Below, piece by piece: positions 25,901-40,500 of a DNA stretch of 64,000 bases (position 1 is the first letter of the stretch; each line of letters begins with the position of its first letter). A program made the position numbers and the translations under genes. The notes below the pieces were generated by a model. The model saw nothing but the letters and a program-made list of their open reading frames with translations, ran no database searches and was not told the DNA's origin. Source of the DNA: Octopus sinensis (Eukaryota); assembly GCF_006345805.1 (NCBI RefSeq), contig NC_043000.1:150412001-150476000 (forward strand), read 5' to 3'.

Positions 25901-28900
25901 AAAGAGACCGATAGAATAAGTACTGGGCTTACAAAAGAATAAGTCCCGGGGTCGAGTTGCTCGATTAAAGGCGGTGCTCCAGCATGGCCGCAGTCAAATG
26001 ACTGAAACAAATAAAAGAGTAAAAAAAGAAGAGTATGTAAAAACCAGCTGATGATTAACAAAATAGAGGCATGGACAATGTCCCTTTTTAAACCGCAACA
26101 ATAGAGTTGTGCAATCAACCAAAACCAAAAATTGTGGAATTTTCCAAGGTGATTCTCTTTCACATCTCTTATTCTGTATGGCACTTCCCACTTGCAACTA
26201 AACTAAATAACACAAAGTGCAGATATAAAGTAACAAATAACAAGAGAAGCAAAATCCAATCATTTTTTTATGGACGACCCAAAACTATATTCAAAGAATG
26301 ATCAAGAATCGGAAGGACTTTTAACAACTGTAAAGCATGTTAGCAATGATGTAAGAATGGAATTTGAACTTGATAAGTACACAAAAGCAACTTTCAAGAG
26401 GGAAAAGTTCACTACAACATCATCCAACAAATCTGACCCAGACACCACTATCTAGATCTTGATGGCACTTATCTAAGTATAAATGATGGCAATGGAATCC
26501 AACATACTCAAATGAAGAGAAAGCTCTGGAAAGAATGTCACAGAAGAGCAAGGCTGGTCCTGAAAACCAGACCAAACTTAAAAGTCATCATAGTGCAAAA
26601 TGATGTCAATGTCATCATATATTTCTATATATAGTCTAAATTAATTTTATACCGTTTTATAGCTGTGAAATACTACCACTGAATTTGTTTATCTTTTGCC
26701 TATTATTTGTTTATCTTTTCATTTTATACATTTTCCAATTGTTATACTAGGTATAACAAGAACTTGTTATACCCGAGTATAACACGTACGTCCATGTAAC
26801 ATAACATATAACAACCCCCACCTCTGCATATAGAATTGTGGTTTGTATAATTGATGTAACCAATATTTCTATCTTTAAGCTCCCAAATAAATTTTGCTAA
26901 TAATGTATTATGTAACCTGGATCTGTTATTGAAAGAATGTATGCGATTACGCCATCTAGATTAAAATTTTGATACTGTGACACTGACATACTTTATTTGG
27001 TGTGTAAACAGAACATTTATATACTAAATTTGGTCAGTTGCACTTACTATTCAAAGGATATTTATATCAATCCCTACAGTTAAACACACTATCAGGTTTA
27101 CTAACCAGTGAAGAATTATTAGCAATATCATTACTAAAGTTATTCCTGGAGGAGAAGCAGAATAAATGGTAGTATCAAGGAGAATCAAACTGTGTTATTA
27201 ACAGAAGAGCTAGAGACAAAGTCCTGGGATAATTAGAATCACATATGTAATTGCTAATATTGTTTAATTTCTAACTACTAATAGTAGCTATATTATCAGA
27301 TAAAATAGGTGTGGCGAAGTACATAAATTTACTACATTCCCTCCTCTCTTTATCTCTTTGGAAATACCACTAATTCATTTCTAAGTGTGTGTAGTCATGT
27401 AGCTCCTCTACTACAAGAACATGGTCTACTTCAACCTCTCCCCCATCTATTAAGGACGTAGTGCCCCGCTCCTCCAGTTTTGTAGACTTGCAAGCTACGT
27501 AGTGACCTCAATAGTGCTGGTGGCACAAAGAAAGCACCCAGTGCCATAGTAAAGTGGTTGGAATTAGAAAGGGCATCCAACCAGAGAAGCCATCCTGAAG
27601 TAAACGTTGGTGCATAATGTCAGTCCTTGGACCCATTGGATTCTTGTCAAACTATTCAACCCATGCCAGAATAGAACATGGAAGTTAAATGATGATGATA
27701 TGTGTATGTATATATGTGTGTGCTTTCCTCAGTCAAACCTCCTCCACAACTAACCTTTCTAACACCCATTACTCTTCTAACTAAAGTACTATCTCCTTGA
27801 GCAGAACAACATATATTTCATCCTCTTTTATGCGACCAGTTATTCCTCTCCTCACAACCACTTCCCTTGTCAACCATCATCTCTTACCACTTTATTTCTC
27901 CACTGAATGCTCCTTTCCCCTGGACATCCTCTCATATCTTCCATCAATGCCCTTCCACCATTTTTGTCAGAGAATCTAAGGAGCGTGGCCGTTCGCCAAC
28001 CTCATCTGGCACCTGTGTCGGTGGCACATAAAAAAACACCATCCAAGCGTGGCCGTTCGCCAGCCTCGTCTGGCACCTGTGTCGGTGGCACATAAAAAAC
28101 ACCATCCGAGCGTGGCCGTTCGCCAGCCTCGTCTGGCACCTGTGTCGGTGGCACATAAAAAAACACCATCCGAGCGTGGCCGTTCGCCAGCCTCGTCTGG
28201 CACCTGTGTCAGTGGCACATAAAAAACACCATCCGAGCGTGGCCGTTCGCCAGCCTTGTCTGGCACCGGCACGGAGGCCAGTCGAAGCAGTGCTGGCAAC
28301 GGCCACGATTGGATGGTTCGCTTACTTGTCACCAGCACTGGTATCACAGCTGCAATTTCCATTGATGTTGATCGACTTCGATTTTGGTTCTGCTTTCTGA
28401 TATCTGATTTGATTTGATTTGATTTTGATTTTGATTTTGATTTTCACTTGCCTCAACGGGTCTTCACAAGTGGAGTTTTGTGTCCCAAGAAGGAAAGGTA
28501 TGTATAAGTCGACTGGCTACATACCAGGTAGAGGCCACGGGTTATAGTCTCACTAGTCTTGCCGGGTCTTCTCACGCACAGCATACTTCCATAGGTCTCG
28601 GTCTCTAGTCATTTCCTTAGTGAGACCTAAAGTTCGAAGGTCGTGCTTCACCACCTCGCCCCAGGTTTTCCTGGGTCTACCTCTTCCACAGGTTCCCTCA
28701 ACTGCTAGGGTGTGGCACTTTTGCACACAACTATCTTCAGCCATTCTCGTCACATGACCATACCAGTGCAAACGTCTCTCTTGCACACCACAACAGATGC
28801 TTCTTAGGTCCAACTTTTCTCTCAAGGTACTTACACTCTGTCAAGTATGAACACTGACATTATACATCCATCGGAGCATACTGGCTTCATTTCTTGCGAG

Positions 28901-29690
28901 CTTACGCATATCCTCAGCAGTCACAGCCCATGTTTCACTACCATGTAGCATGGCTGTTCGTACACACACACATATAAGCACTTACACACTCTCTCATCTA
29001 TATATATATATATATATCATCATCATCATCATCATCATCGTCGTCTAACGTCCGTTCTCCATGCTAGCATGGGTTGGACGGTTCGACCGGGGATCTGGGA
29101 AGCCAGAAGGCTGCACCAGGCTCCAGTCTTATCTGGCAGTGTTTCTACAGCTGGATGCCCTTCCTAACGCCAACCACTCCGTGAGTGTAGTGGGTGCTTT
29201 TTACGTGCCACCTGCACAGGTGCCAGGCGAGGCTGGCAACGGTCACGGTCGGATTGGTGTATTTTATGTGCCACCGGCACGGAAGCCAGACGAGGCGGTG
29301 CTGGCATCGGCTACGAGTCGGATGGTGCTTTTTACATACCACCAGACCAGGGATCCTGGCTGGTTCAATTCGATTTCGATTTCGCTTGCCCCAACATGTC
29401 TTCGCAAGCAAGGGGGTTGGCATGGGTGCCTGTTGTACGGTCAGATTGGTGTATTTTACGTGCCACCGGCACGGAAGCCAGCGGAGGCGGCACTGGCATC
29501 GGCCACGAGTCGGATAGTGCTTTTTACGTACCACCAGACCAGGGAACCTGGCTGGTTTGATTCGATTTCGCTTGCCCCAACATGTCTTCGCAAGCAAGGG
29601 GGTTGGCATGGGTGCCTGTCGTACGGTCAGATTGGTGTATTTTACGTGGCACGGAAGCCAGTGGAGGCGGCACTGGCATCGGCCACGAGT

Positions 29691-29742
<52 letters not shown>

Positions 29743-29748
29743 TACACA

Positions 29749-29789
<41 letters not shown>

Positions 29790-32700
29790 ATGTATGTATA
29801 CATATGTAGGTAGAGAGAGAGATGTAAAACAAGCTTTATTCATAATAGTTATAGGCCCCTTTAATGTGTTGATAAAACAAACCTCTTCTTTGTTGAGAAA
29901 TGCCAGAAATTTTTGCTAACAAAAGGGCTCATGTACAAAACTGTTAGTCAAAACATTTTATTACAGTAATGCTTTGCTTGGTCAAAAATCTGGTTGCACA
30001 CAAACAAACAGAAGTTGAATTTTAGTATTATAAAGATACACATGTACACTAACACACATACTTCTATATACACATACATACAGACATGCACACATACAAG
30101 AATCTTGTAGTCATCTTTTCCTCCACTTCTCAACAATAATGGTTCTTTGAGCAGTATCCCCACAGAGAAAACCTCCAATATGCAGCTCACATCGCATCTA
30201 ATCCCTTCCACTCCACTAGACTCCCTATCTTGTATACACACACACATCAAGTGCAGAAATACACTGTTTGCTTCAAACTAACATGGCCACCAGCCATGCA
30301 TTACATGTGCCCTGGGCTTTGCCTTTATACTCAGCAAACTGTCTATGGAGATACACTTTGAAATTTGGAAGCAAGCTTCAATATACCCCCATATACCATT
30401 CAAAGAAAGGCTACCCCTCTGATTCAATCAACTATTACCCTACTGTCCTAACTACTAACAAATTTAAAGATAATGGAGACAACCATTAATAATGATATTC
30501 TCCAACAACTTGAATTTCTCTCATTTCTCAATGACCAATAGTTCCTGCAGATTCAGACCCACTGGATATCTATTCTATTATGCCCCTCACTAGTGGGTTC
30601 TCACTTCAAGAGACCCAAATATTCTGCCTGTTTTAGGTTCAAGCAGGCCAGATCTGGTCTCTCACGCCTACCCTACAATGCCATTCTAAAAATAAACAAC
30701 CACGTCATTGAAATCTGAAAGCTACAAGGTAATGTATGATAAATTCAAAACAATCTGAATAAATAACCATTACATCTGACAGAGTAATCTGAATGCTAAA
30801 GGGTTAAAAAAGTTTGGTGAAAGCAATGTCATTGCCTTAGACATCAGCAAACCCTTTGACCATGTCTGCCATGCGAATCTCCAATCAAAACTCCTGCCCT
30901 AAAGCTCTCCCTTTCTCTTATTTCTTTACATCAATGACATACTTGCTGCCACATCAAACAATGCTCATTTTTATGCATGTGAATTGGCCATTCATTCCTC
31001 CTCAACTTCCCCAACCATTAAACATCCTCCTTTTTCATCATCCCATAAGAATTTCTTTGTTCTGTAGATGAGTTCTTTGCATGTCATTGAACTTCTTGAT
31101 CGGGACAAGTTTATTGCATATAGTTTTCATCATTGGCAATTTCATGTCATCATCTTTCATACAAAAGTTTATCTTAAACCTAGTTTATCTTAAACCTAGT
31201 TTATCTTAAACCTAGTTTATCTTAAACCTAGTTTATCTTAAACCTAGTTTATCTTAAACCTAGTTTATCTTAAACCTAGTTTATCTTAAACCTAGTTTAT
31301 CTTAAACCTAGTTTATCTTAAACCTAGTTTATCTTAAACCTAGTTTATCTTAAACTAGTTTATCTTAACCTAGTTTATCTTAAACCTAGTTTATCTTAAA
31401 CCTAGTTTATCTTAAACCTAGTTTATCTTAAACCTAGTTTATCTTAAACCTAGTTTATCTTAAAGGCTTCTTCCTCAATTGATTTCCATTGAGCCTTGTG
31501 GAAATTCAACTTGGACAGGGTTTGTATACTTTTGGTGAGGTGGTGGGTTACAAGTTAGCTTGGATCAAACATTGTTAATTTTAGAATGCTAAGATCAGAG
31601 AAGACTGTAGAAGTCATTTTCACTCTGTGGATGATGCAGACATTGTATCAGAAGCTGAGCTCCAATACATATCCTGCTTCCAGTTGAACAGTAGAGCGTT
31701 TGTTCCAAGAACTGCTGGAATGAAGCAGTGATTGGTTGTCTGCAATCTTGCTGTGATACTCATGTGAGAATGTGGTATACTCAGCCAACTCAGCTCAATC
31801 TAATTCCAGAATCTTTGGAATTGATGAAACTGCACTTACAAAAATCAACAGCTTAAACCACAGGAGACAGGTTGTTGCAATAACAGTGCCCAACAAAAAA
31901 CATAAGCTACAGTTAATCAGAAGTCATGGCTATGGTACTAATATCAATGGCTGTGGATGGAAGCACTCCGTCGTTACGACGACGAGGGTTCGGTTGATCC
32001 GAATCAATGGAACAGTCTGCTCGCAAAATTAACGTGCAAGTTGCTGAGCACTCCACAGACACGTGTACCCTTAACGTAGTTCTCGGGGATATTCAGCGTG
32101 ACACAGAGAGTGACAAGGCCGGCCCTTTGAAATACAGTACAACAGAACAGAAGTAAGAGTGAGAGAAAGTTGTGGTGAAGAGTACAGCAGGGGTCACCAC
32201 CATCCCCTGCCGGACCTCGTGGGGCTTTAGGTGTTTTTGCTCAATAAACACTCACAACGCCCGGTCTGGGAATTGAAACCCCGCGAGTTCGCTGCCCTAA
32301 CCACTGGCCATTGCACCTCCCATGGCTACATGGTCCAGCATGCTGATGCCAGCGTTTTCTTATGGTTTAATCAGAGCTGCATGGCTCAGTGGTTAGAGTA
32401 TTGAGCTCACAATCATGAGGTAGTGAGTTTGATTCCTGGACCGGGCTGTGCGATATGTTCTTGAGCAAGACACTTTGTTCCATGTTGCTCAAGTTCATTG
32501 AGCTGTAGAAATGAGTTGCAATGTCACTGGTACCAAGCTGTATCGGCCTTTGCCTTTTCCTTGGATAACATCGGTGGTGTGGAGAGAGGAGGCTGGTATG
32601 CATGGCCAACTGCTAGTCTTCCATAAACAGCCTTGTCTGGACTTGTGCTTCAGAGGTAACTTTCTAGGTGCAATCCCATGGTCATTCATGAGTGAAGGGG

Positions 32701-33700
32701 GTCTTGACCCTTTTACCCTTTTATCAGAGAAAGGAGGTCAAGACCTGTGACTTTTGGCAAGGCCCTCCAATATGAACTGGAAGAAAAGAGAGACAGCGAA
32801 AGAAACTCACTGGTTATCCCCAAACCAGAGACCTAGACTCAATGCTTGCAACAGAGTGAACTCTGCAAAAGGCACACGAGGACTAGACAACTGGGTTAAA
32901 CTAGGATGACAAATTAAGTCTATCCTCTAAGCTCTCTCAGCATCTTAGCAAGATCCACACAGTACAAAATCCTACTGCACTCTGTTTTTCAGTGCCGGTG
33001 GCACGTAAGAGAACCATCCGAACGTGGCCGTTGCCAGCGCCGCCCCGACTGGCCTCTGTGCCAGTGGCACGTAAAAAGCACCATCCAATCGTGGCCGTTT
33101 GCCAGCCTTGTCTGGCACCTGTGTAGGTGGCACATAAAAAGCACCTACTACACTCTCGGAGTGGTTGGTGTTAGGAAGGGCATCCAGCCGTAGAAACACT
33201 GCCAGATCAGACTGGGCCTGGTGCAGCCTTCTGGCTTCCCAGACCCCAGCTGAACCGTCCAACCCATGCTAGCATGGAAAACGGACGTTAAACGATGATG
33301 ATGATGAAAACAGACTCACAGAATAAAATCTGTCAAAACATCCTAAATGATTGTCTATCTGAAAATGCAGTGAACCAGACTTATCTCTCAGACTCAGCTT
33401 TTTATTCAAAGTGTCAGCTGAAACTTATTCACAGGGGCAACGTGCATTCTACAAGTTTTGAGAACTTTTTTTTAGGAAAGGCAGTTATAACCGTTCTAGA
33501 TTATTGTGTTTTTAGTATATCATTACTATACTAAAGGAGTGGCTCTGTGGTAAGTAGCTTGTTTACCAACCACATGGTTCCGGGTTCAGTCCCACTGCGT
33601 GGCACCTTGGGCAAGTGTCTTCTACTATAGCCTCAGGCCGACCAAAGCCTTGTGAGTGGATTTGGTAGACGGAAACTGAAAGAAGCCCGTCGTATATATG

Positions 33701-33733
<33 letters not shown>

Positions 33734-36700
33734 TTGTGTGTCTGTGTTTGTCCCCCTAGCATTGCTTGACAACCAATGTTGGTGTGTTTAGGTCCCTGTT
33801 ACTTAGCGGTTCGGCAAAAGATAGAATAAGTACTGGGCTTACAAAAGAATAAATCCCGGGGTCGAGTTGCTCAATTAAAGGCGGTGCTCCAGCATGGCTG
33901 CAGTCAAATGACTGAAACAAGTAAAAGAGTAAAGAGTATACATCTAATAAGCTGACCTGCCACCTTTTGTAATTCTAGATCGAAAGAGATGGCTGTAACA
34001 ACACTTTGAACACATCCTACTAAACACTGCTGTCACAGCTGACTGGTTTGCAGATGATGTGGAATGTGAAGACAGTTTGGAAGCTTGCTATGCAATAGAA
34101 TTTTGTGTTAAACTAGGCCAAAATGCAATACACTGGGTTCCCTCTGGCCAGACAATCAACAAAGAGTACTCTGTGGAGGTTTTGAGGGAATTCAAGAACA
34201 GACTTCATTGTAAAAGGTCAGAGTTCTTCCACTGAAGTCAGTGGCACCTGCACAATGTACCAGTCCACAATTCCATCCTGGTAGCCAATTACTGGATAGA
34301 GATCATCATCATCATCGTTTAGCATCCGCTTTCCATGCTGGCATGGGTTGGACGGTGCAACTGGGGTCTGGGAAGCCAGAAGGCTGCACAAGGCCCAGTT
34401 TGATCTGGCAATGTTTCTACGACTGGATGCCCTTCCTAACGCCAACCACTCCATGAGTGTAGTGGGTGCTTTTTACGTGCCAGACGGGTCTGGCAAACGG
34501 CCACGATTGGATGGTGCTTTTTACGTGCCACCGGCTCTCGCCCTCCCACCCTTCCACTACATGCTGTAACTTTTAATTGTTCCCCAAACTGAAGGAGAAT
34601 CTGAGGTTTTTGAAGAGATCAAGAAGATGAAGGAGGGTCCTGGAACTTTTACACTGGAGGACTTCCATAGAGCCTTCACAAAGTAGCAGGAGCACAACAA
34701 GTGCAATAGAGTCAGAGGGTCCTACTTGAAAGGGGATTAGAATCTTGTTCTTATTTGAAATTAATAAATGTCCTTGAAAAAGTCTCAAAACTTCTGGAAT
34801 GCTCATCATCATCGTTTAACATCCGTTTTCCGCGCTAGCACGGATTGGACGGTTTGACCGGGGTCTGGGAAGCCAGGGGCTGCACCAGGCTCCGGTCTGA
34901 TCTGGCAGTGTTTCTACAGCTGGATGCCCTTCCTAATGCCAACCACTCCGCAAGTGTAGTGGGTGCTTTTTATGTGCCACCGGCACAGGTGCCAGGGGAG
35001 TCTGGCATCGGCCATGTTCGGATGGTGCTTTTTATGTGCCAAAATGCAAACACTTGCATTAAATTAATGGACCCTCTATTGGTTTTGACAATGAATATTC
35101 CAGTTGTTGAATCAAATGAATAGCCAATTCATTTATTTAATGTGTAAGTGGGTGAGTATTCAGTAGACAATTCAGTTTTGTAAATGTGTAATTCACAGAT
35201 GCAATGAGTGACAAAGTAGCCCTTGGAATTACAGCTTCCACGTAGTTTCCATCAATTCAATTTCACTTGAAAGACATGGGTTGAATCAAGGTTATGGTAG
35301 AAGACATTTGCCCAAGATGCCACACAGTGAGATTGAACTCAGGACCTCTTGGCTGCGAAACAAACTTCATGGAAACCTGGCCATGCTTGCATCCATTAGA
35401 CCAAAGGTTCTCAATCTATTTTGGCCCTTGGAGTTACAAATGGCCCCCACTAGAAAATACTACTTATACACTACTTATTTTGGTATCAGCAGATAATGAT
35501 TAAAAAATAAAGGATGTCATTTTACAGATGTGCTTGTACATCATCATCATCATCGTTTAGTGTCCACTTTTCATGCTGGCATGGGTTGGATGGTGCAACT
35601 GGGGTCTGGGAAGCCAGAAGGCTGCACCAGGCCCAGTCTGATCTGGCAATGTTTCTACGGCTGGATGCCCTTCCTAACGCCAACCACTCCATGAGTGTAG
35701 TGGGTGCTTTTTACGTGCCACCGGCACAGGTGCCAGACGAGGCTGGCAAACGGCCACGGTCGGATGGTGCTTTTTACGTGTCACCGGCACGGAGGCCAGT
35801 CGGGGCGGCGCTGGCAACGGCCACGTTCGGATGGTTCTCTTATGTGCCACCGGCACTGGTATCACAGCTACAATTTCCATTCATGTTGATCGATTTTGAT
35901 TTTTGATTTTTGACTTTTTGATTTTCACTTGCCTCAACAGGTCTTCAGAAGTAGAGTTTTGTGTCCCAAGAAGGAAAGGTATGCATAAGTTTATAATTTC
36001 CAGATAATTTTTTTAAATACTTTAAATTCAAAATTGCATAAATATGTGTGCCAGAAACAGTAGTTAAAAATTAGGGAAATAGATTTTTGGGAGATTTCTT
36101 ATTATGACTGACTTTTATTCCATTGTTCTAATATCTTCTGAAACTTATACATATACATGTATAAATGCATACAGACACAGACAAATATATACACACACAT
36201 ACATTTTTACAGAGTGGAGGGTAGTATTCATTGTACTTGGATCTAGTTAGAGTCACAAAATCAGCCCCTTGATTTTACAGAGATGTAAAAATACGGCTAC
36301 TACTTGTTAATTTCAAATTAAACTTAACAAAGACAAGGGTCTTCCAGTGCCCCCTAGCAATCCCAAGTCTCTTAATGTCCCCCCAGTGCCCCTTTGCTCC
36401 AAAATGCCCCCCTCGAGCTCCAAATGGCCCCCATTGAGAACCTTTGCATTAAACCATAAAAATATTTACACACAATTGTGTACAGGCGCAGGAGTGGCTG
36501 TGTGGTAAGTAGCTTGTTTACCAACCACATGGTTCTGGGTTCAGTCCCACTGCGTGGCATCTTGGGCAAGTGTCTTCTACTATAGCCTCGGGCCGACCAA
36601 AGCCTTGTGAGTGGATTTGGTAGACGGAAACTGAAAGAAGCCCGTCGTATATATATATATATGTATGCGTGTGTGTGTTTGTGTGTCTGTGTTTGTCCTC

Positions 36701-37554
36701 CCAACATCGCTAGACAACCGATGCTGGTGTGTTTATGTCCCCGTTACTTAGCGGTTCGGCAAAAGAGACCGATAGAATAAGTACTGGGCTTACAAAAGAA
36801 TAAGTCCCGGGGTTGAGTTGCTCGATTAAAATGACTGAAACAAGTAAAAGAGAGTAAAGACAAGGGTCTTCCAGTGCCCCCTAGCACCCCCAAGTCTCTT
36901 AACGTCCCCCCAGTGCCCCTTTGCTCCAAAATGTCCCCCTCGAGCTCCAAATGGCCCCCATTGAGAACCTTTGCATTAAACCATAAAAATATTTACACAC
37001 AATTGTGTACTTATGTATATGTGTGCTTATATATATCACATATATACACACTCACACACACAGAGTTATACCCACACACAAGCACAAAAGTATATAAGTA
37101 AAAATGTTTGACAACATAAAATGACAATCTGCATCTTGTAGTTAATGCCTAAAGGCATAACATTTATCCTATTGATCGCTTGCTAATTCTCACTCTCTTT
37201 AAACTTTATAAACCTTAAACACATCAGAACATTACTGATGCGTCAGCAACAGCATCATGCTTTAGTAGAATAAGGTTAATCCATTGTGCTGGACAACTCC
37301 TTAACTGCATAAGCAGGCTGCAATCAAATCTTTTCTTTTGGAATGATACTCTCTTTACTCTCTTTTACTTGTTTCAGTCATTTGACTGCGGCCATGCTGG
37401 AGCACCGCCTTTAGTCGAGCAACTCGATCCCGGGACTTATTCTTTTTGTAAGCCCAGTACTTATTCTATCGGTCTCTTTTGCCGAACCGTTAAGTGACGG
37501 GGACGTAAACACACCAGCATCGGTTGTCAAGCAATGCTAGGGGGACAAACACAG

Positions 37555-37591
<37 letters not shown>

Positions 37592-40500
37592 CATATATAC
37601 TACAGGCTTCTTTCAGTTTCCGTCTACCAAATCCACTCACAAGGCATTGGTCGGCCCGGGGCTATAGCAGAAGACACTTGCCCAAGATGCCAAGCAGTGG
37701 GACTGAACCCGGAACCATGTGGTTGGTTAGCAAGCTACTTACCACACAGCCACTCCTGCGCCTTTGCAAAGAAAAATTTTGATAAAATAATAGTACTAAC
37801 CTGTACTGCTTATATTAATAGGTCGTTCCTCATGGGATCTAGGTGGGACTTTGCCTTCTTTTTTCATTTTCATCCGCAGTTCATCAGGTGACATTTTTTT
37901 TTCTCTTTGGTGTTTTTCAAAATCAGGTAAATCAATCTGTTCAACAAGAAAATCTTTGTCATTCTAGATAAACCTTTAACATAGCAAATTTATATTTCCT
38001 TAATAGCTTTATAAAACTAAGAAAATACAGCAGGAGTGGCTGTGTGGTAAGTAGCTTGCTTGGTTCCGGGTTCCGGGTTCAGTCCCACTGCGTGGCATCT
38101 TGGGCAAGTGTCTTCTGCTATAGCCCCGGGTCGACCAATGCCTTGTGAGTGGATTTGGTAGACGGAAACTGAAAGAAGCCTGTCGTATATATGTATATAT
38201 ATATATGTATGTGTGTGTGTGTTTGTGTGTCTGTGTTTGTCCCCCTAGCATTGCTTGACAACCGATGCTGGTGTGTTTACGTCCCCGTCACTTAGCGGTT
38301 CGGCAAAAGAGACCGATAGAATAAGTACTGGGCTTACAAAGAATAAGTCTCGGGGTTGATTTGTTCGACTAAAGGCGGTGCTCCAGCATGGCCGCAGTCA
38401 AATGACTGAAACAAGTGAAAGTAAGTAAAGTAATACAAAACTAAAATATGCCTTAAATAAACCTGGATGAAGTTTCAGAAACAAAACTGAAGAGGTTTTG
38501 GTTTTGCTAATTTATATAATCTTTCTGAATCTGCACAGAAAATGCTTAAAGATGGACAAAATTGTTTTTATTGTTGTTTATGCAAGCATTCTATGTTGCA
38601 ATATTCAATTATTATATATTTAGCAACTGTATGGAACAGTCATTGTAATACATTAATCTTTTAGCTTTAACCCTTTAGTGTTTAAACCGGCTATATCCGG
38701 CTCAAATATTCTACTCATTTTATGCTCAAACTGGCCAGAACCAGCATCTCACACCTACCCTGCAATGTCATTCTAAAAATAAACAATTACATCTTTCAAA
38801 TCTTGAAGCTACAAGATAATACCAGATTAATTTTTTAAAATGTAAATGAATAAAGATTACTTCTGACATATTAATTCGAACACTAAAGGGTTAAACTGTC
38901 CACAGCTAGCTCAAATATTCTATTTGTTTTATGTTAAAACTGACCAGATCTGGCATCTCGCACCTGTCCTACAATCTCATTCTAAAAATATACAATCACA
39001 TGATCAAAATCTCTAAGCTACAAAGATAATGCATGATTAATTCTAAAACTGTGTAAATAAATAAGCAAGGATTTAGAGTAACATAATTGAACATTGGACT
39101 TAACTTGCTATCATAATGTGAAAAGCACCATTCGAGCATGGCCATTGCCAGTGGCACCTGGCTGGCTCCTGTGTCAGCGGCATGTAAAAAGCACCATTCA
39201 AGCATTGTCAATGCCAGTGCTGCTTGACTGGCCCCCCTGCCAGTGGCCCATAAAAGGCACCCGCTACACTCTTGGACTGGTTGGTGTTAGGAGGGGCATC
39301 CAGCTCTTGAAACCTTGCCAGATCAGATTAGAGGCTGCTGCAGCTTCCTGGCTTGCCAGTCCTCAGTCAAACTGTCCAACCCATGCCAGCATGGAAAGCG
39401 GACATTAAATGATATTGATGACAATGAATAACAAACAAGGTATCAAAAGACAAATTGATGATCTGTTAACATGCCAAGAGAATTACTAATTGCAAAATAA
39501 TGTCGCCATATGTTAAGCATTAAGAACAATAATGTTTACAGATTATCAGAATTCCAGTTGTACTTAATTCATTTCAACGAGCAGAAAATAAACATATTGC
39601 CAACCTGAATTATTCTTAGAAATAGTTTTGCAAAGTGTCATATAATCTTAAAATTAGGATGAAGAGACACAATGACAATCAGAACAATGAGTATCACATA
39701 ATCAAAATCTATAATTTACAAAGATAATGCAATCTTATAATGAGTCCTTCTTAGGTTGATTTATAATTGGAAATAATGGACTGTCAAGAAAACTGGAAGC
39801 TATTTTAGAAATAAATATGCCACATATAGTACTACGTACTACATTCAATTTCTATAATATCGACCATAAAGTGAAAAAGAGAGCAATAGATAAAACATTG
39901 TAATAAACTAATGTTATTCTTTGATTTGAAGATTTTGTACATATTGTTTGTCTGGTCCACGTGCAGGTGGCACGTAAAAAGCACCATCCGATAGTGGCTG
40001 TTTGCTAGCCTCGCCTGGCACCTGTGCCGGTGGCATGTAAAAAGCACCCACTAGACTCACGGAGTGGTTGGCGTTAGGAAGGGCATCCAGCTGTAGAAAC
40101 ACTGCCAGATCAAACTGGGCCTGGTGCAGCCATCTGGCTTCCCAGACCCCAGTTGAACCATCCAACCCATGCCAGCATGGAAAGTGGACATTAACCTTTT
40201 AGCATTTAAACCGGCCATATCCGGCCAAAAGTATTCTGCCTGTTTTATGTTCAAACTGGCCATATCTGGTCTCTCACACCAACCCTACAATATCATTTTA
40301 AAAAATTAACAGCTACCTCGTCAAAATCTTATAGCTACAAAATAATGCATGATTAGCTCAAAACAGTATGGAGGAAAAAGCATTAATTTTAGCAGAATAA
40401 TGCGAACACTAAAGGGTTAAATGATGATGATGATGATGTTTTACCTTCAAAAATTTTCTTCTTCTTTCTTTTCGGAATTTTGGATTGTAATGTTTTGAAG

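Noticed and set aside
27981-28265. CRISPR-like periodicity (also the 16-bp array at 31166 and the 96-bp array at 55834)
   Set aside because: No unique spacers, no cas genes, eukaryotic context; these are tandem repeats.
29061-29813. Recurrent ORFs such as MLAWVGRF.., MSSNARGT.., MLGGQT..
   Set aside because: They recur only because they are read from RTE 3' UTR and SINE copies, and frames break differently in each copy.
38463-38530. Possible minus-strand exon between MRPL45 exons 2 and 3
   Set aside because: All frames contain stops and exons 2 and 3 already join correctly.
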